Source of the DNA: Paludibacter sp.
GTDB taxonomy: Bacteria > Bacteroidota > Bacteroidia > Bacteroidales > Paludibacteraceae
Reading direction: 5' to 3'
Length of the DNA stretch: 64,000 nucleotides
NCBI GenBank assembly: GCA_034928015.1
Contig: JAYFPF010000036.1
Coordinates: forward strand, 15,669-79,668
In this document: positions 47,947 to 57,868 of the stretch, one piece after another
Position numbering within the stretch: position 1 is the stretch's first letter
Layout: every line of letters starts with the position of its first letter
Program-made: the position numbers and the translations under genes
The notes under the pieces: generated by a model
The model's input: only the letters and a program-made list of their open reading frames with translations
What the model was told of the DNA's origin: nothing
Databases searched by the model: none

Positions 47947-48903
47947 AAAAATAATAAAAACATTTCTAATTTTCATCCAAACATTTCCTTGGCTACCGCC
48001 TAAAGGGATATACAGATAATCTCTAAACCATGTAGAAAGAGATATATGCCATCGTCTCCAGAATTCAGCAATATCTCTTGAGAAATAAGGAAAGTTAAAG
48101 TTCCTCATCAAATTAAATCCAAATAATCTAGCTGTCCCGATCGCAATATCTGAATAGCCCGAGAAATCTCCATATATCTGAAATGTAAAAAACAAAGCTC
48201 CTAATATTAACGTGCTTGAAGAATATGTGGAGGAATTATTAAATATTTGATTTGCATATTCAGCACAATTATCTGCAATTACAATCTTTTTAAATAGTCC
48301 CCACAATATTTGTCTTAAACCATTTACAGCTGATAAATAATTAAATTCCCTTTTATTTGCGAACTGCGGTAGAAGTAAGGTTGCTCTTTCAATTGGTCCG
48401 GCTACTAATTGCGGAAAGAAACTAACAAATGCAGCAAAAGAGATGAAATCTCTTGTGGGAGTCATTCTTTTTTTATAAACATCAATTGTATAACTTAAAG
48501 TCTGAAAGGTGTAAAAACTTATCCCAACAGGTAGAATTATATTCAACGAACTAGCCTTTATGTTTAATCCAAAAAATGTGAATGCTGTGATAAAATTTTC
48601 GAGAAAGAAATTATAATATTTAAATAGTCCTAGCAACCCCAAATTAACAATAACACTTGTATATAGGAGTAAAGTTCTTTTTCTTTTATTACTTTCTTTC
48701 CCTAAAAAAAAACCTATAGTGTAATCTATTATAGTACTAAAAAAAATAAGAGACAAAAACCTCCAGTCCCACCAACCATAAAACACATAGCTTGCAATTA
48801 CAATCAGATGATTTTGTAGTTTTATGTTGTTTTTAAATAAAAACCAATAAAGAAAAAACACAATGGGCAGAAATATCCCAAACTCTAAGGAATTAAATAA
48901 CAT
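47947..48903 (-). pseudogene. MBOAT polysaccharide O-acyltransferase (AlgI/DltB family), 3'-truncated by IS4
   Basis: LPVGISFYTFQ, FFPQLVAGPI, FSGYSDIA, EFWRRWHISLS...YIPLGGS. After NVFIIF the frame runs into the IS end (HCCPVK), so the usual catalytic WHG segment is absent. Confidence 0.9.
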
Positions 48904-48930
48904 AGTATTATTTACGTTTCAAGAATGACA

Positions 48931-50019
48931 CTAATGTTTAAATTGTATAAATAGCTCAAAGTACTTCTCAGACATTTTCTGTAGGGAAAAGTCTTTTCTT
49001 ACAATTTCACTTGCGTTATTACCAAGCCTTTCTCTGACATTCGTATTACTTAATAATTCAATAATTCTTGTTTTAAGTTGATCCACATTCTTATGCTCTA
49101 CAAGAAATCCGGTCTCAAGATCATTAACAATCTCAGGCGTCCCTCCTGTGTTCGTAGCAATAACAGGTTTAGCAAGTGCCATAGATTCTAATATAAAGTT
49201 TGATATTCCTTCTGACTCACTACATAACACACAAATATCAGACATCAGAATTATTTCTTCAACATTCTGTTTACAACCAATAAACTTAATAAATTGAGAA
49301 TCTTCAATTGACAATTGTGATTTATAGTAACTAATCATTGGGCCATCTCCAACGGCTAAAAATGTCACATCCTGCCTTTCTTTTAACACAAGTTTGGCAG
49401 CGTCAACAAAGGTTTGATAGTCTTTTGCTAGAGTAACTCTAGCTACCATAGTTATTATGAATCTTGTTTCAATGCCCATATCAGATTTGATAATTTCTTT
49501 TGCTCTCAGATTATGTAATCTATTAAAATCAAATCCATTATATATCAAGATAGATTTATCCTTAGGAATTCTATATGCTTCAAGTCCAACATTGGAATTA
49601 CCAATAATATAACTTGATGTAGTAAAGGACATTAATCTTGCTATATTCCCAATCGAAAAGAACTTTGGTCTATTTGTATTTGCAACATAGGCACTAAGGT
49701 AATTAAATTTCACAAACATTCTAATGAAATTCAGCCAAAAACTACTCATTAAAGACCAAGACAAGACTATATCAGGCTTAGTTTCTACCAATATTCTCAA
49801 CAGGCGCGTGAATACTTTAAAATCTTTGCGGTGCTTTCTATTTAGTTTGTGAAGAGTTATTTCTAAGTTAAAAAACTCAGGATATTCAATAATATCCTCA
49901 AAAATAACTACATGTATATTAAATTCGGCTAAAGAACCAAGACCTTTTATCAACTGAAGACATCTCCTCTCTTTTCCTCCTATCCCTAAAGAATCAATTA
50001 CAAATAACAGTTTCATCAA
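48931..50019 (-). CDS. GT4 glycosyltransferase
   Basis: GGKERR, IYNGFD, SEGISNFILESMALAKPVIATNTGGTPE. Confidence 0.9.
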   Translation of the reverse strand: MMKLLFVIDSLGIGGKERRCLQLIKGLGSLAEFNIHVVIFEDIIEYPEFFNLEITLHKLNRKHRKDFKVFTRLLRILVETKPDIVLSWSLMSSFWLNFIRMFVKFNYLSAYVANTNRPKFFSIGNIARLMSFTTSSYIIGNSNVGLEAYRIPKDKSILIYNGFDFNRLHNLRAKEIIKSDMGIETRFIITMVARVTLAKDYQTFVDAAKLVLKERQDVTFLAVGDGPMISYYKSQLSIEDSQFIKFIGCKQNVEEIILMSDICVLCSESEGISNFILESMALAKPVIATNTGGTPEIVNDLETGFLVEHKNVDQLKTRIIELLSNTNVRERLGNNASEIVRKDFSLQKMSEKYFELFIQFKH

Positions 50020-50051
50020 AATCTACTAATTTAACTAATCACACATCTGCT

Positions 50052-51308
50052 CTACTCTATTCTCTTAAGTTTACTTTTCGTCCTTACACCCTGAATATAA
50101 AAAAACGGGAGCAAATAAAAAGTGAAAAATATTGGTGATATAACGATTGAAAATCCAATAGATATTGAGACAATAATCATTAACCAGACTATAGACGTTT
50201 TCGTAAATTTGTATCTGTTTTTAAAAAAGAGCGAGGACTTCCTTACTCCTATAAACCATAAAATAAATCCAAAAAGGCCATATTGAGCTAACAAATTTCC
50301 AACCCCTGACACTGGACGAATATCTGCTCCAAACTGATTCGTCCATCTCAAATCAGCATTTGCGCCATAACCCAGCAAAGGTCTTTTAATAAAGTCCATA
50401 TATGTGATCTTAAACGATGCAAAACGTCCTGGTGCGTATGAACCGCGAGACTGAATTGACAGGTCAACAAGTTCATCAATTTCATCAGATTGATTTATGT
50501 CCTCAATTATTTTAGTTCTGAGAAAACTAACATTTATAAATAAAAATACAACCAACGCTACAAAAAAAGGAAGCGTTATCAATAAAGCTTTCTTTGCAAT
50601 TGGATTATTCAACATTATCCATACTAATACAAAGAAAAAAGCTATAACAGCAGTTGTTGATTGTGTAGAAATTAGACCCAGTAATAAAACAAAAAAGACA
50701 TAATTATTTCTTAACCTAAACTGCGTCCGTAACATGTTAAAAAATATTGCTACGACAATAAATGATCCAAAAGGTCCTGGCTCCCATGTAAAACCGCAAT
50801 TTCTTGGAATACCCCAAGAATCCATATGATTTACACTATAAATACCAATACTATATCTAATTCGGCTTCCCACATTTATGTCATTGTATTTATTTATATT
50901 AAATATATCCATAAAACGATAAAATGAGCTTACATCAAATATATGCCATAACATAAAGATAAAACTAATCAATGTTAAGTAATATATAATTTTCTCATAC
51001 TTAATAAAGATATCAATTCCATAAATTTTAATTGCTACATAAGCAGCAAAAAACATGATGGGGTAATAGAAAAATAATGATGGGTAAAACGAGGATATAG
51101 CTATAGTGTTTAAAAAGGCATATACAATCCAAATAAAAACTAAAGTAAAAAATGTTTTTGAGATATAAACTTTGTAAACACGAAAGTAAATTAAAGAAAT
51201 TATTAACACAAGAATCGAAGAATCTGAATTTCTAAAGGCAAAGATACCTAAACCAGAAAAGATTATTAAAAAGAAGATGTAGAAATTCTTTACGTAATTT
51301 TTCATCAA
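50052..51308 (-). CDS. wzy: Wzy-like polysaccharide polymerase
   Basis: Multiple TM segments; RNCGFTWEPG, STQSTTA, RFAS...PLLGYG. Confidence 0.7.
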   Translation of the reverse strand: MMKNYVKNFYIFFLIIFSGLGIFAFRNSDSSILVLIISLIYFRVYKVYISKTFFTLVFIWIVYAFLNTIAISSFYPSLFFYYPIMFFAAYVAIKIYGIDIFIKYEKIIYYLTLISFIFMLWHIFDVSSFYRFMDIFNINKYNDINVGSRIRYSIGIYSVNHMDSWGIPRNCGFTWEPGPFGSFIVVAIFFNMLRTQFRLRNNYVFFVLLLGLISTQSTTAVIAFFFVLVWIMLNNPIAKKALLITLPFFVALVVFLFINVSFLRTKIIEDINQSDEIDELVDLSIQSRGSYAPGRFASFKITYMDFIKRPLLGYGANADLRWTNQFGADIRPVSGVGNLLAQYGLFGFILWFIGVRKSSLFFKNRYKFTKTSIVWLMIIVSISIGFSIVISPIFFTFYLLPFFYIQGVRTKSKLKRIE

Positions 51309-51314
51309 TTGATT

Positions 51315-52559
51315 TCAATTAACTAAATCATTTAGTCTTTGTTTATTTATATATTTTATGTAACAAATATACATATAGCCAAAATAGGTTACTGATGTTA
51401 TTATCTTTGTCCCAATTGCACCATAGATACCCCATAAATATACTAAAACAACATTTCCTATCACTAATACTCCACCTGAAACAAAGGCACTATTTCTTAG
51501 CATTTTACCCTGCCCTTTTGCAGCAAGAAATCTGTTAATCATATCACCAAATCCGTGAAAAGCCATTCCTATAGCCAGAACTGAGGCATACTTTGCAACA
51601 ACAAAATATTCTCTGCTATATAAAATACTTACCAATGGTTCGATTAAAACAATAAAAGCGAAAAGGCTTATCAAGGTCATAACGAATGTCCCATAAAAAA
51701 TTTTTTTATCAATTTTTTTATCTAAAGCAAATCTTTTATAATAGGTCGTCCCTATAATAGTTGGGAGAATTGCCAATGGCATTGAGATGGTCAGTGCTAA
51801 TGTATAAAACCCGACGAGTGTATTATCTGTGTTAAAAAGTCCCAAGGTTATTCCTGCAAGATAATTTAAAGATACACCAGCTAAAGATCCCAAATAAACA
51901 TGTAAACCATATTTTTTATTCTCTCTTTTCAAATCGCCATATGACTCTTTCAGATTTGAAAACATAGGCTTACTAAGTGCTATAATTATTCCCAGCATAA
52001 TTAGACTTATACCATTCTGAAGCATAATTACTCTTTCTGATGTCGCCCCAAAGTATCGATATATATAATATCCTATAATTAAATAGACAAGTGATGGAAG
52101 TAATCTTGCCATTGATATGCTGAATATCTTATTGTCTCCCTGAGCTGTGGTGTTAATATAATTTAGCAACAATGGAGATGCACTTACAAATGCTCCCAAA
52201 ACAAACAGATTAGATATTTCACTCTTCAAAAAACTTTTATGTATTAAAGACGAGAATTGCATGAAAAGGAACATCAACAGAATAGACACGATCAAAATCA
52301 GTATCATGACTCCTTTATATTTTGCTGTTTTTTGCGGGCTATCTGACACTGCCATCAACCTACAACCAGAAACAAAAAATCCAAATGTAAGCAAGCCGGA
52401 AAGAAATAACATAATATTACTTACGTATTTCACATCTCCATAATCTGAAGGCGATAAGCTTCGGGTATTCAATACTGAGACCAAAATACCTAAGACAAGC
52501 CCTATTACAGTAGAACTATATAGTAATAAAACCTGTTTATGTTGTTTATCAACTCTCAT
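51315..52559 (-). CDS. wzx: Wzx-like flippase
   Basis: About 12 TM segments; TRSLSPSDYG, VGFYTLAL, WGIYGA. Confidence 0.8.
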   Translation of the reverse strand: MRVDKQHKQVLLLYSSTVIGLVLGILVSVLNTRSLSPSDYGDVKYVSNIMLFLSGLLTFGFFVSGCRLMAVSDSPQKTAKYKGVMILILIVSILLMFLFMQFSSLIHKSFLKSEISNLFVLGAFVSASPLLLNYINTTAQGDNKIFSISMARLLPSLVYLIIGYYIYRYFGATSERVIMLQNGISLIMLGIIIALSKPMFSNLKESYGDLKRENKKYGLHVYLGSLAGVSLNYLAGITLGLFNTDNTLVGFYTLALTISMPLAILPTIIGTTYYKRFALDKKIDKKIFYGTFVMTLISLFAFIVLIEPLVSILYSREYFVVAKYASVLAIGMAFHGFGDMINRFLAAKGQGKMLRNSAFVSGGVLVIGNVVLVYLWGIYGAIGTKIITSVTYFGYMYICYIKYINKQRLNDLVN

Positions 52560-52701
52560 TTAATATGTAAAATATCTTCACTATGTGTCACTTTCAAATC
52601 TGCTTTTATCTAAATAAACAAAATCCAAATTGTTTTTTTGTGACCATTCAAGTAATTTCAGGGCAAATCATTGATTCTCTTGAACATGGTCATTGACTCT
52701 C

Positions 52702-53901
52702 TTATTGAAGAAAATGATTTAATTTGTCCGAATAATTTAAGTAATTAAAATGTTCAACTGCTGTTTGATATGCGTTTTCAGAAATTTTCCTATAATGATC
52801 TTCGCTTTGATTAATGATAAATAGTAATTTGTTAAAAAAATCATCACTTGTATATCCATCAACCATATAGCAATTGTAATTATCCTTGAAATAATCACCC
52901 ACAACTCCTGTATTTGTCATCAAAATAGGAGTTCCTGAAACGGCATACTCCGCAAGTTTTGTTGAAAAACCATAATAATTCTGAAGGGTGTTTTTTCGGG
53001 GTAGTACCAACAAAGTTGCTTTGCGCTGTAGTTCTACAACTTCTTTATTTGTCAATTCACCCAAATAAGTGACACGTAAGTTTAAATTATTTTCATTTAT
53101 AAATTCTTCAACAATCAACTTATCATACAATTCTACTTTACCACACAAAATAAACTCCCAATCAAGTTTCGTTTCTGTATTCAATCTTTGTAAAGCTCTT
53201 AAAAAAACATCGATATTTTCTTTTCTAACACTAATATATCCAGAATATAGAATTGTAAATTTGCTGTTGTGTTTAGGGGTGAAAGTAAAAGTCTTATTTA
53301 CTTCAGATAAGATGGGAATGACTATAATATTGTTATTTATTTTCTTCACATACGTGGCAATATTTTGTGATATACAAATTAAACCCTGTGAATAGGCCCA
53401 AATACTTTCATATACATGGATTTTTATTTTAATGTAATGATGTAAAATAAATCCCTTTATTGATACAATCGGTTTATCCAAGAGATACCTTCTTATTTCA
53501 TTTACTTCAAAAAACAATTTGTTATATCTCTTAATTTTCAGAAGCAAAAAAACAATGAAAGTAAAGCTTAAACTAAGAGAAGGATATATAAGGAATACTT
53601 TATATGCATTATGACTTGTGATTGTTTTTTCGAATTGTATTGCAAACTTTATATTCCCAATAATCCTTTTAACATTACCTTTATATCCTTTTGAATTTAC
53701 CTCATTAGCATGAGTATAGATGTTTTTTTCAACTTCTACAAATTCTTTTCTTATATGGTAATTCTGAACTGAAACCAAATACACCCTAACATCATCACCC
53801 CCACTAACCAATGCTTTTGAGTAAAGATTCATTCTACTTACAGCAGCAGTATTACCGTACCAAAGATTGTGATCAGATATAATATAAAGATTTCTTTGCA
53901 T
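52702..53901 (-). CDS. GT4 glycosyltransferase
   Basis: ILYSGY...KENID, YLG, GFSTKLAEYAVSGTPIL. Confidence 0.85.
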   Translation of the reverse strand: MQRNLYIISDHNLWYGNTAAVSRMNLYSKALVSGGDDVRVYLVSVQNYHIRKEFVEVEKNIYTHANEVNSKGYKGNVKRIIGNIKFAIQFEKTITSHNAYKVFLIYPSLSLSFTFIVFLLLKIKRYNKLFFEVNEIRRYLLDKPIVSIKGFILHHYIKIKIHVYESIWAYSQGLICISQNIATYVKKINNNIIVIPILSEVNKTFTFTPKHNSKFTILYSGYISVRKENIDVFLRALQRLNTETKLDWEFILCGKVELYDKLIVEEFINENNLNLRVTYLGELTNKEVVELQRKATLLVLPRKNTLQNYYGFSTKLAEYAVSGTPILMTNTGVVGDYFKDNYNCYMVDGYTSDDFFNKLLFIINQSEDHYRKISENAYQTAVEHFNYLNYSDKLNHFLQ

Positions 53902-53921
53902 GAACTTTTAAATAGAAGTCA

Positions 53922-55190
53922 TCACAACCTTCCATCAATCAAACCTAAACTCAGCATCCCCTTCACATCAAACACCACCTTTTCCCCATTTATCACCGGA
54001 CTTAAATCAAGCTGTTTAAACTCATCATGTGCCACTGCCAGCACCACCCCATCAAATTTCTTCCCGGGTAATTCATTCAACACCTTCACACCATACTCAT
54101 GCATCACTTCATCAGGATTTGCCCAGGGATCATAGATGGTTACCTGCACATCATAGTCCTGCAACTCTTTCACGATATCGATTACCTTGGTGTTGCGCAC
54201 ATCCGGACAGTTTTCCTTGAACGTAAATCCGAGGACAAGTACTTCGGAATCGAGTACCTGAATGCCTTTTTTCAACATCAGTTTAACAACCTGGTTCGCG
54301 ACATAAGCTCCCATGCCATCATTCATCCGGCGGCCGGCCAGGATGATTTCGGGGTTGTAGCCATAACGCTGAGCTGCCTGCGCCAAATAATAAGGGTCAA
54401 CACCAATGCAATGTCCACCTACCAGCCCGGGTTTAAATGGCAGGAAATTCCATTTGGTTCCGGCTGCTGCCAGTACATCCTGGGTATCGATACCCATTTT
54501 ATTGAATATTTTGGATAATTCGTTTACGAAAGCAATGTTGATATCGCGCTGCGCATTCTCGATAACCTTTGCAGCTTCAGCCACTTTCATGGTTGGAGCT
54601 AAATGGGTACCCGCGGTAATTACAGAAGCATAAACTTCATTCACTTTTTGAGCAACTTCAGGCGTAGAACCGGAAGTAACTTTCTTTATTTTCTCAACGG
54701 TATGCAGTTTGTCGCCGGGGTTAATACGCTCCGGGCTATAGCCAGCAAAGAAATCCACATTAAATTTCAATCCGGATATTTTTTCCACCACAGGCAGACA
54801 TTCATCTTCTGTAACACCCGGGTAAACGGTAGATTCATATACCACAACATCACCTTTCCCGATAACCTTTCCAACCGTCTCACTGGCTTTGTATAAAGGG
54901 GTCAGATCCGGATTGTTATTTTTATCCACCGGAGTAGGTACTGTGACCACATAAAAATTGCAGTCGCGTATCTTTTCCAATTCACTGGTACAAATAAAGC
55001 CATTCCGGATGGCTTCCTGTAACAATGTATCTTCTACTTCCAGTGTGGCATCACGCCCCGACATCAATTCGTCCACACGTTTCTGGTTTATATCGAAACC
55101 AATAGTTTTGTATTTTGTTGAAAATAAACGGGCTAAAGGTAATCCTACATAACCTAAGCCGATAACGGCAATTTTTGTTTCGTTTTGCAT
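53922..55190 (-). CDS. UDP-N-acetylhexosamine 6-dehydrogenase (TviB/WbpO-like)
   Basis: IAVIGLGYVGLPLA, VVYESTVYPG, SPERINPGD, GLVGGHCIGVDPYYL, GFTFKENCPD. Confidence 0.92.
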   Translation of the reverse strand: MQNETKIAVIGLGYVGLPLARLFSTKYKTIGFDINQKRVDELMSGRDATLEVEDTLLQEAIRNGFICTSELEKIRDCNFYVVTVPTPVDKNNNPDLTPLYKASETVGKVIGKGDVVVYESTVYPGVTEDECLPVVEKISGLKFNVDFFAGYSPERINPGDKLHTVEKIKKVTSGSTPEVAQKVNEVYASVITAGTHLAPTMKVAEAAKVIENAQRDINIAFVNELSKIFNKMGIDTQDVLAAAGTKWNFLPFKPGLVGGHCIGVDPYYLAQAAQRYGYNPEIILAGRRMNDGMGAYVANQVVKLMLKKGIQVLDSEVLVLGFTFKENCPDVRNTKVIDIVKELQDYDVQVTIYDPWANPDEVMHEYGVKVLNELPGKKFDGVVLAVAHDEFKQLDLSPVINGEKVVFDVKGMLSLGLIDGRL

Positions 55191-55240
55191 TTTATATTAT
55201 GTCTAAAGTCTAAAGTCGTTTGGTATAATTTTTATAATGT

Positions 55241-55257
55241 GTCGTCCCTACGAGACT
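55241..55257. repeat. short REP-like palindrome
   Basis: GTCGTCCCTACGAGACT (AGTCTCGTAGGGACGAC on the minus strand). Confidence 0.45.
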
Positions 55258-55282
55258 ATTTACATGATTAATCATTTCAGTT

Positions 55283-56030
55283 TCATTTTATCAGCCAATA
55301 ACCACCAGTTTTGAATGCTCCCTTAAATACTATTTTCTGTTCATCTCTCAAATATTTCAGCCATCTTTCTACGGTTCTTTGAGATACATTTAATTTTTCT
55401 CTCAATTCTGCAGACTTAATGCCCGGGTAATCTTCTACAAGCTTCAATAAGGTGTTTACTCCGACATTTACTCCGACATTTACTCCGACATTTTCAGTAA
55501 CATGATCAGTTGGTTTGGTTGAAATCTTTTGTTTTTCATATTGAAGTTCTACAAGAAAGCCACTCCCTACTTCTTTGTATTTCATTGTCATTGTGGGATA
55601 TGACAGAATTTCCTTTCTTATTCGGATATAACCACTGCCGTACTTTTCAATGTCTTTGGTAAGATAAAAAGCCTCTGCAATTAATTTGTTTCGCATATGC
55701 GATTGATATGTATCAGTACTAAGCTCTTCAATGGTAAGATTGCCAAAAAGTTTACCAGGGTTGAAAAAACTGATACTTTGATCAAATATCTTTATTTGAA
55801 TATCAACAGGACTTGTATAATCCCGGTGAATGATGGCACATAGTTTCCTGCCCAACTGTTACACCGACAAATTTACCGTTGTCGTCAATGCCAATAAATA
55901 CAGAACCTCCTGAAGTGTTTGAAAACGCAACAACAGTTTCGATGGCTTCGTCATTGAAACTAAGTTTAAACTCAATTGTATCCGATTCTCCGGCTTGAAT
56001 GAGTTTTTGTATGTTTGTTCCGCTTCCCAT
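55283..56030 (-). pseudogene. AlbA_2/Schlafen + HATPase-like + HTH protein with internal deletion and frameshift
   Basis: N-terminal frame GESDTIEFK...VAFSNTSGG...IGIDD joins the C-terminal frame AIIHRDY...RNKLIA...EKYGSG near 55841. A 12-bp unit TTTACTCCGACA x3 (55455-55490) lies in the C-terminal part. Confidence 0.8.
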
Positions 56031-56040
56031 TTTCGGTTCT

Positions 56041-57015
56041 TTACAGATTTTCCCAGTACCACTTCACGGCTTCTTTCAATCCATCACGCAATGAATATAG
56101 GGGATGATAACCCAGTAATTCCTTTGCTTTGTCGATTGAGGCTAGTGAATGAGGAATGTCACCGATCCGGTTTGGACCATGTTTTATTTCAATACTATTG
56201 ATTTCCGGATCAAATTCCGATAAAAACTCTTTCAGATAACCTGTTAGTTGAATCAGGGTGTTTCGTTCTCCATAAGCCGTATTATAAACTGTGTTTACCG
56301 CCTCAGGATTAGTGGTGGAGATAGCTAATAGATTCATCTGAATCACGTTGTCAACATAGGTAAAGTCACGGGAGTATTCACCATCACCATTGATTACCGG
56401 AGACTCATGTTGCATCAGTTTCTTCACGAAGAGAGGAATTACAGCAGCATAAGCGCCATGCGGATCCTGTCTGCGTCCGAACACATTAAAATAACGTAAA
56501 CCTATGCATTCCATTCCGTAGGTTTTGGAAAAAACATCCGCGTATAATTCATTTACATACTTGGTGATGGCATAAGGAGAAAGAGGTTTCCCAATCACAT
56601 CTTCCACTTTCGGTAAAGATGCTGAGTCGCCATAAGTTGAAGAACTGGCGGCATAAATGAAACGTTTTACACCTGCATCGCGTGCAGCTACCAACATATT
56701 AAGGAAACCCGACACATTCACCTCGTTGGAGGTAATGGGGTCATTAATGGAACGAGGAACAGAACCTAAAGCTGCTTCATGCAACACGTAATCAATACCA
56801 TCGACCGCTTTACGGCAAGTTTCCATATCTCTGATGTCACCTTCTATCAGGCTAAAATTATCATTTAATAGAAATTTATCTATGTTTTTGCGGTGCCCCG
56901 TTGAAAAATTATCAAGGCAAACTACTTTATGCCCCAGATTCAACAAGGTTTCACACAAATTTGAACCTATAAAACCGGCTCCTCCTGTTACAAGTATATT
57001 AAAATTCTTTATCAT
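56041..57015 (-). CDS. UDP-HexNAc(A) 4-epimerase (WbpP/TviC-like SDR)
   Basis: LVTGGAGFIGSNL, HEAALGSVPRS, AASSSTYG, SPYAITK, LRYFNVFG. Confidence 0.92.
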   Translation of the reverse strand: MIKNFNILVTGGAGFIGSNLCETLLNLGHKVVCLDNFSTGHRKNIDKFLLNDNFSLIEGDIRDMETCRKAVDGIDYVLHEAALGSVPRSINDPITSNEVNVSGFLNMLVAARDAGVKRFIYAASSSTYGDSASLPKVEDVIGKPLSPYAITKYVNELYADVFSKTYGMECIGLRYFNVFGRRQDPHGAYAAVIPLFVKKLMQHESPVINGDGEYSRDFTYVDNVIQMNLLAISTTNPEAVNTVYNTAYGERNTLIQLTGYLKEFLSEFDPEINSIEIKHGPNRIGDIPHSLASIDKAKELLGYHPLYSLRDGLKEAVKWYWENL

Positions 57016-57191
57016 TTTATAATTGTCTAACGACGAATGTCTAACGTCCTTTTTTTGTTATTTTATTACGCCCTTGGGGGGCTGACTGGTGACCGGCGAC
57101 TGGTGACATTTTCCACGGCAAAGCCCCGCCAGTCCCGTCTCGAACCAACTAATCCACTCATATACAACAACTCTCCTTTAATTCAGGAGAG

Positions 57192-57707
57192 TCACAATTT
57201 CTTCACTACGGCATCCAATGCCACCTGCACTTGCAAGCCTAACTTGTCGAGCAGTAACACGGCATATTTCTTTCCGATTTTAATCACCCTGCCTCCTGCA
57301 TCTTTCATCGGTCCAACTGCAACCCTTACTTCATCATCCAACTCTAAACTGCAGGATTTACCATTGGCACATTCCAAAAATTGCCGGATAGCCCTGATTT
57401 CCTGTGGTCGTACCACTGCCGGTTCTCCTTCAAAATAAACAATCCGCACCAAACCGGGAACACGAACCAAATCATACAAATCCGATTTCCGGGTTAAAAC
57501 AAAGAGATAAGACGGAAACAAGGGCATTTCTACCATTTTTATCCGGTCCGACCATTTACGGGGTGTCAAATGCAAAGGAAGAAAAACCTCGAACCCCTGA
57601 TTTATCAAACGTTGCTCTACCTGCTTTTCGGCTTTTGGAGCCGTATATACAACATACCATGCATGGCTTTGTTCAACAGTTTTTATATCTTTCGTTATCT
57701 CCCCCAT
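57192..57707 (-). CDS. upxY: UpxY/NusG-like transcription antiterminator
   Basis: WYVVYTAPKAEKQV, FLPL....RKWSDR....PLFPSYLFV, KOW-like GPMKDAGG. Confidence 0.9.
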   Translation of the reverse strand: MGEITKDIKTVEQSHAWYVVYTAPKAEKQVEQRLINQGFEVFLPLHLTPRKWSDRIKMVEMPLFPSYLFVLTRKSDLYDLVRVPGLVRIVYFEGEPAVVRPQEIRAIRQFLECANGKSCSLELDDEVRVAVGPMKDAGGRVIKIGKKYAVLLLDKLGLQVQVALDAVVKKL

Positions 57708-57819
57708 TAGTATTTAATCATCCTCAAATTTATCGTCCACAAATTTCGGTTATTGAACCGGATAAAACAAATTTTTTTATACTAAATAATCGTTTATTGA
57801 GCGAAACAATGTAACAAAC

Positions 57820-57847
57820 CGTCATTGCGAACGAAGCGAAGCAATCC
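57820..57847. repeat. CGTC-type REP
   Basis: CGTCATTGCGAACGAAGCGAAGCAATCC. Confidence 0.8.
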
Positions 57848-57868
57848 CCTCGCACCCGCACTTAGTTA

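Noticed and set aside
52637-52694. Imperfect hairpin between GT4 and wzx as a UpxY-controlled terminator
   Set aside because: Large loop and no U-tract after the stem on the transcribed minus strand.
55455-55490. 12-bp tandem repeat as a phase-variation tract
   Set aside because: Unit length is a multiple of 3, it encodes a VGVN linker common in this protein family, and it lies in a pseudogene.
57037-57438. 133-aa plus-strand ORF
   Set aside because: Antisense shadow of upxY plus intergenic repeats; no protein-like features.
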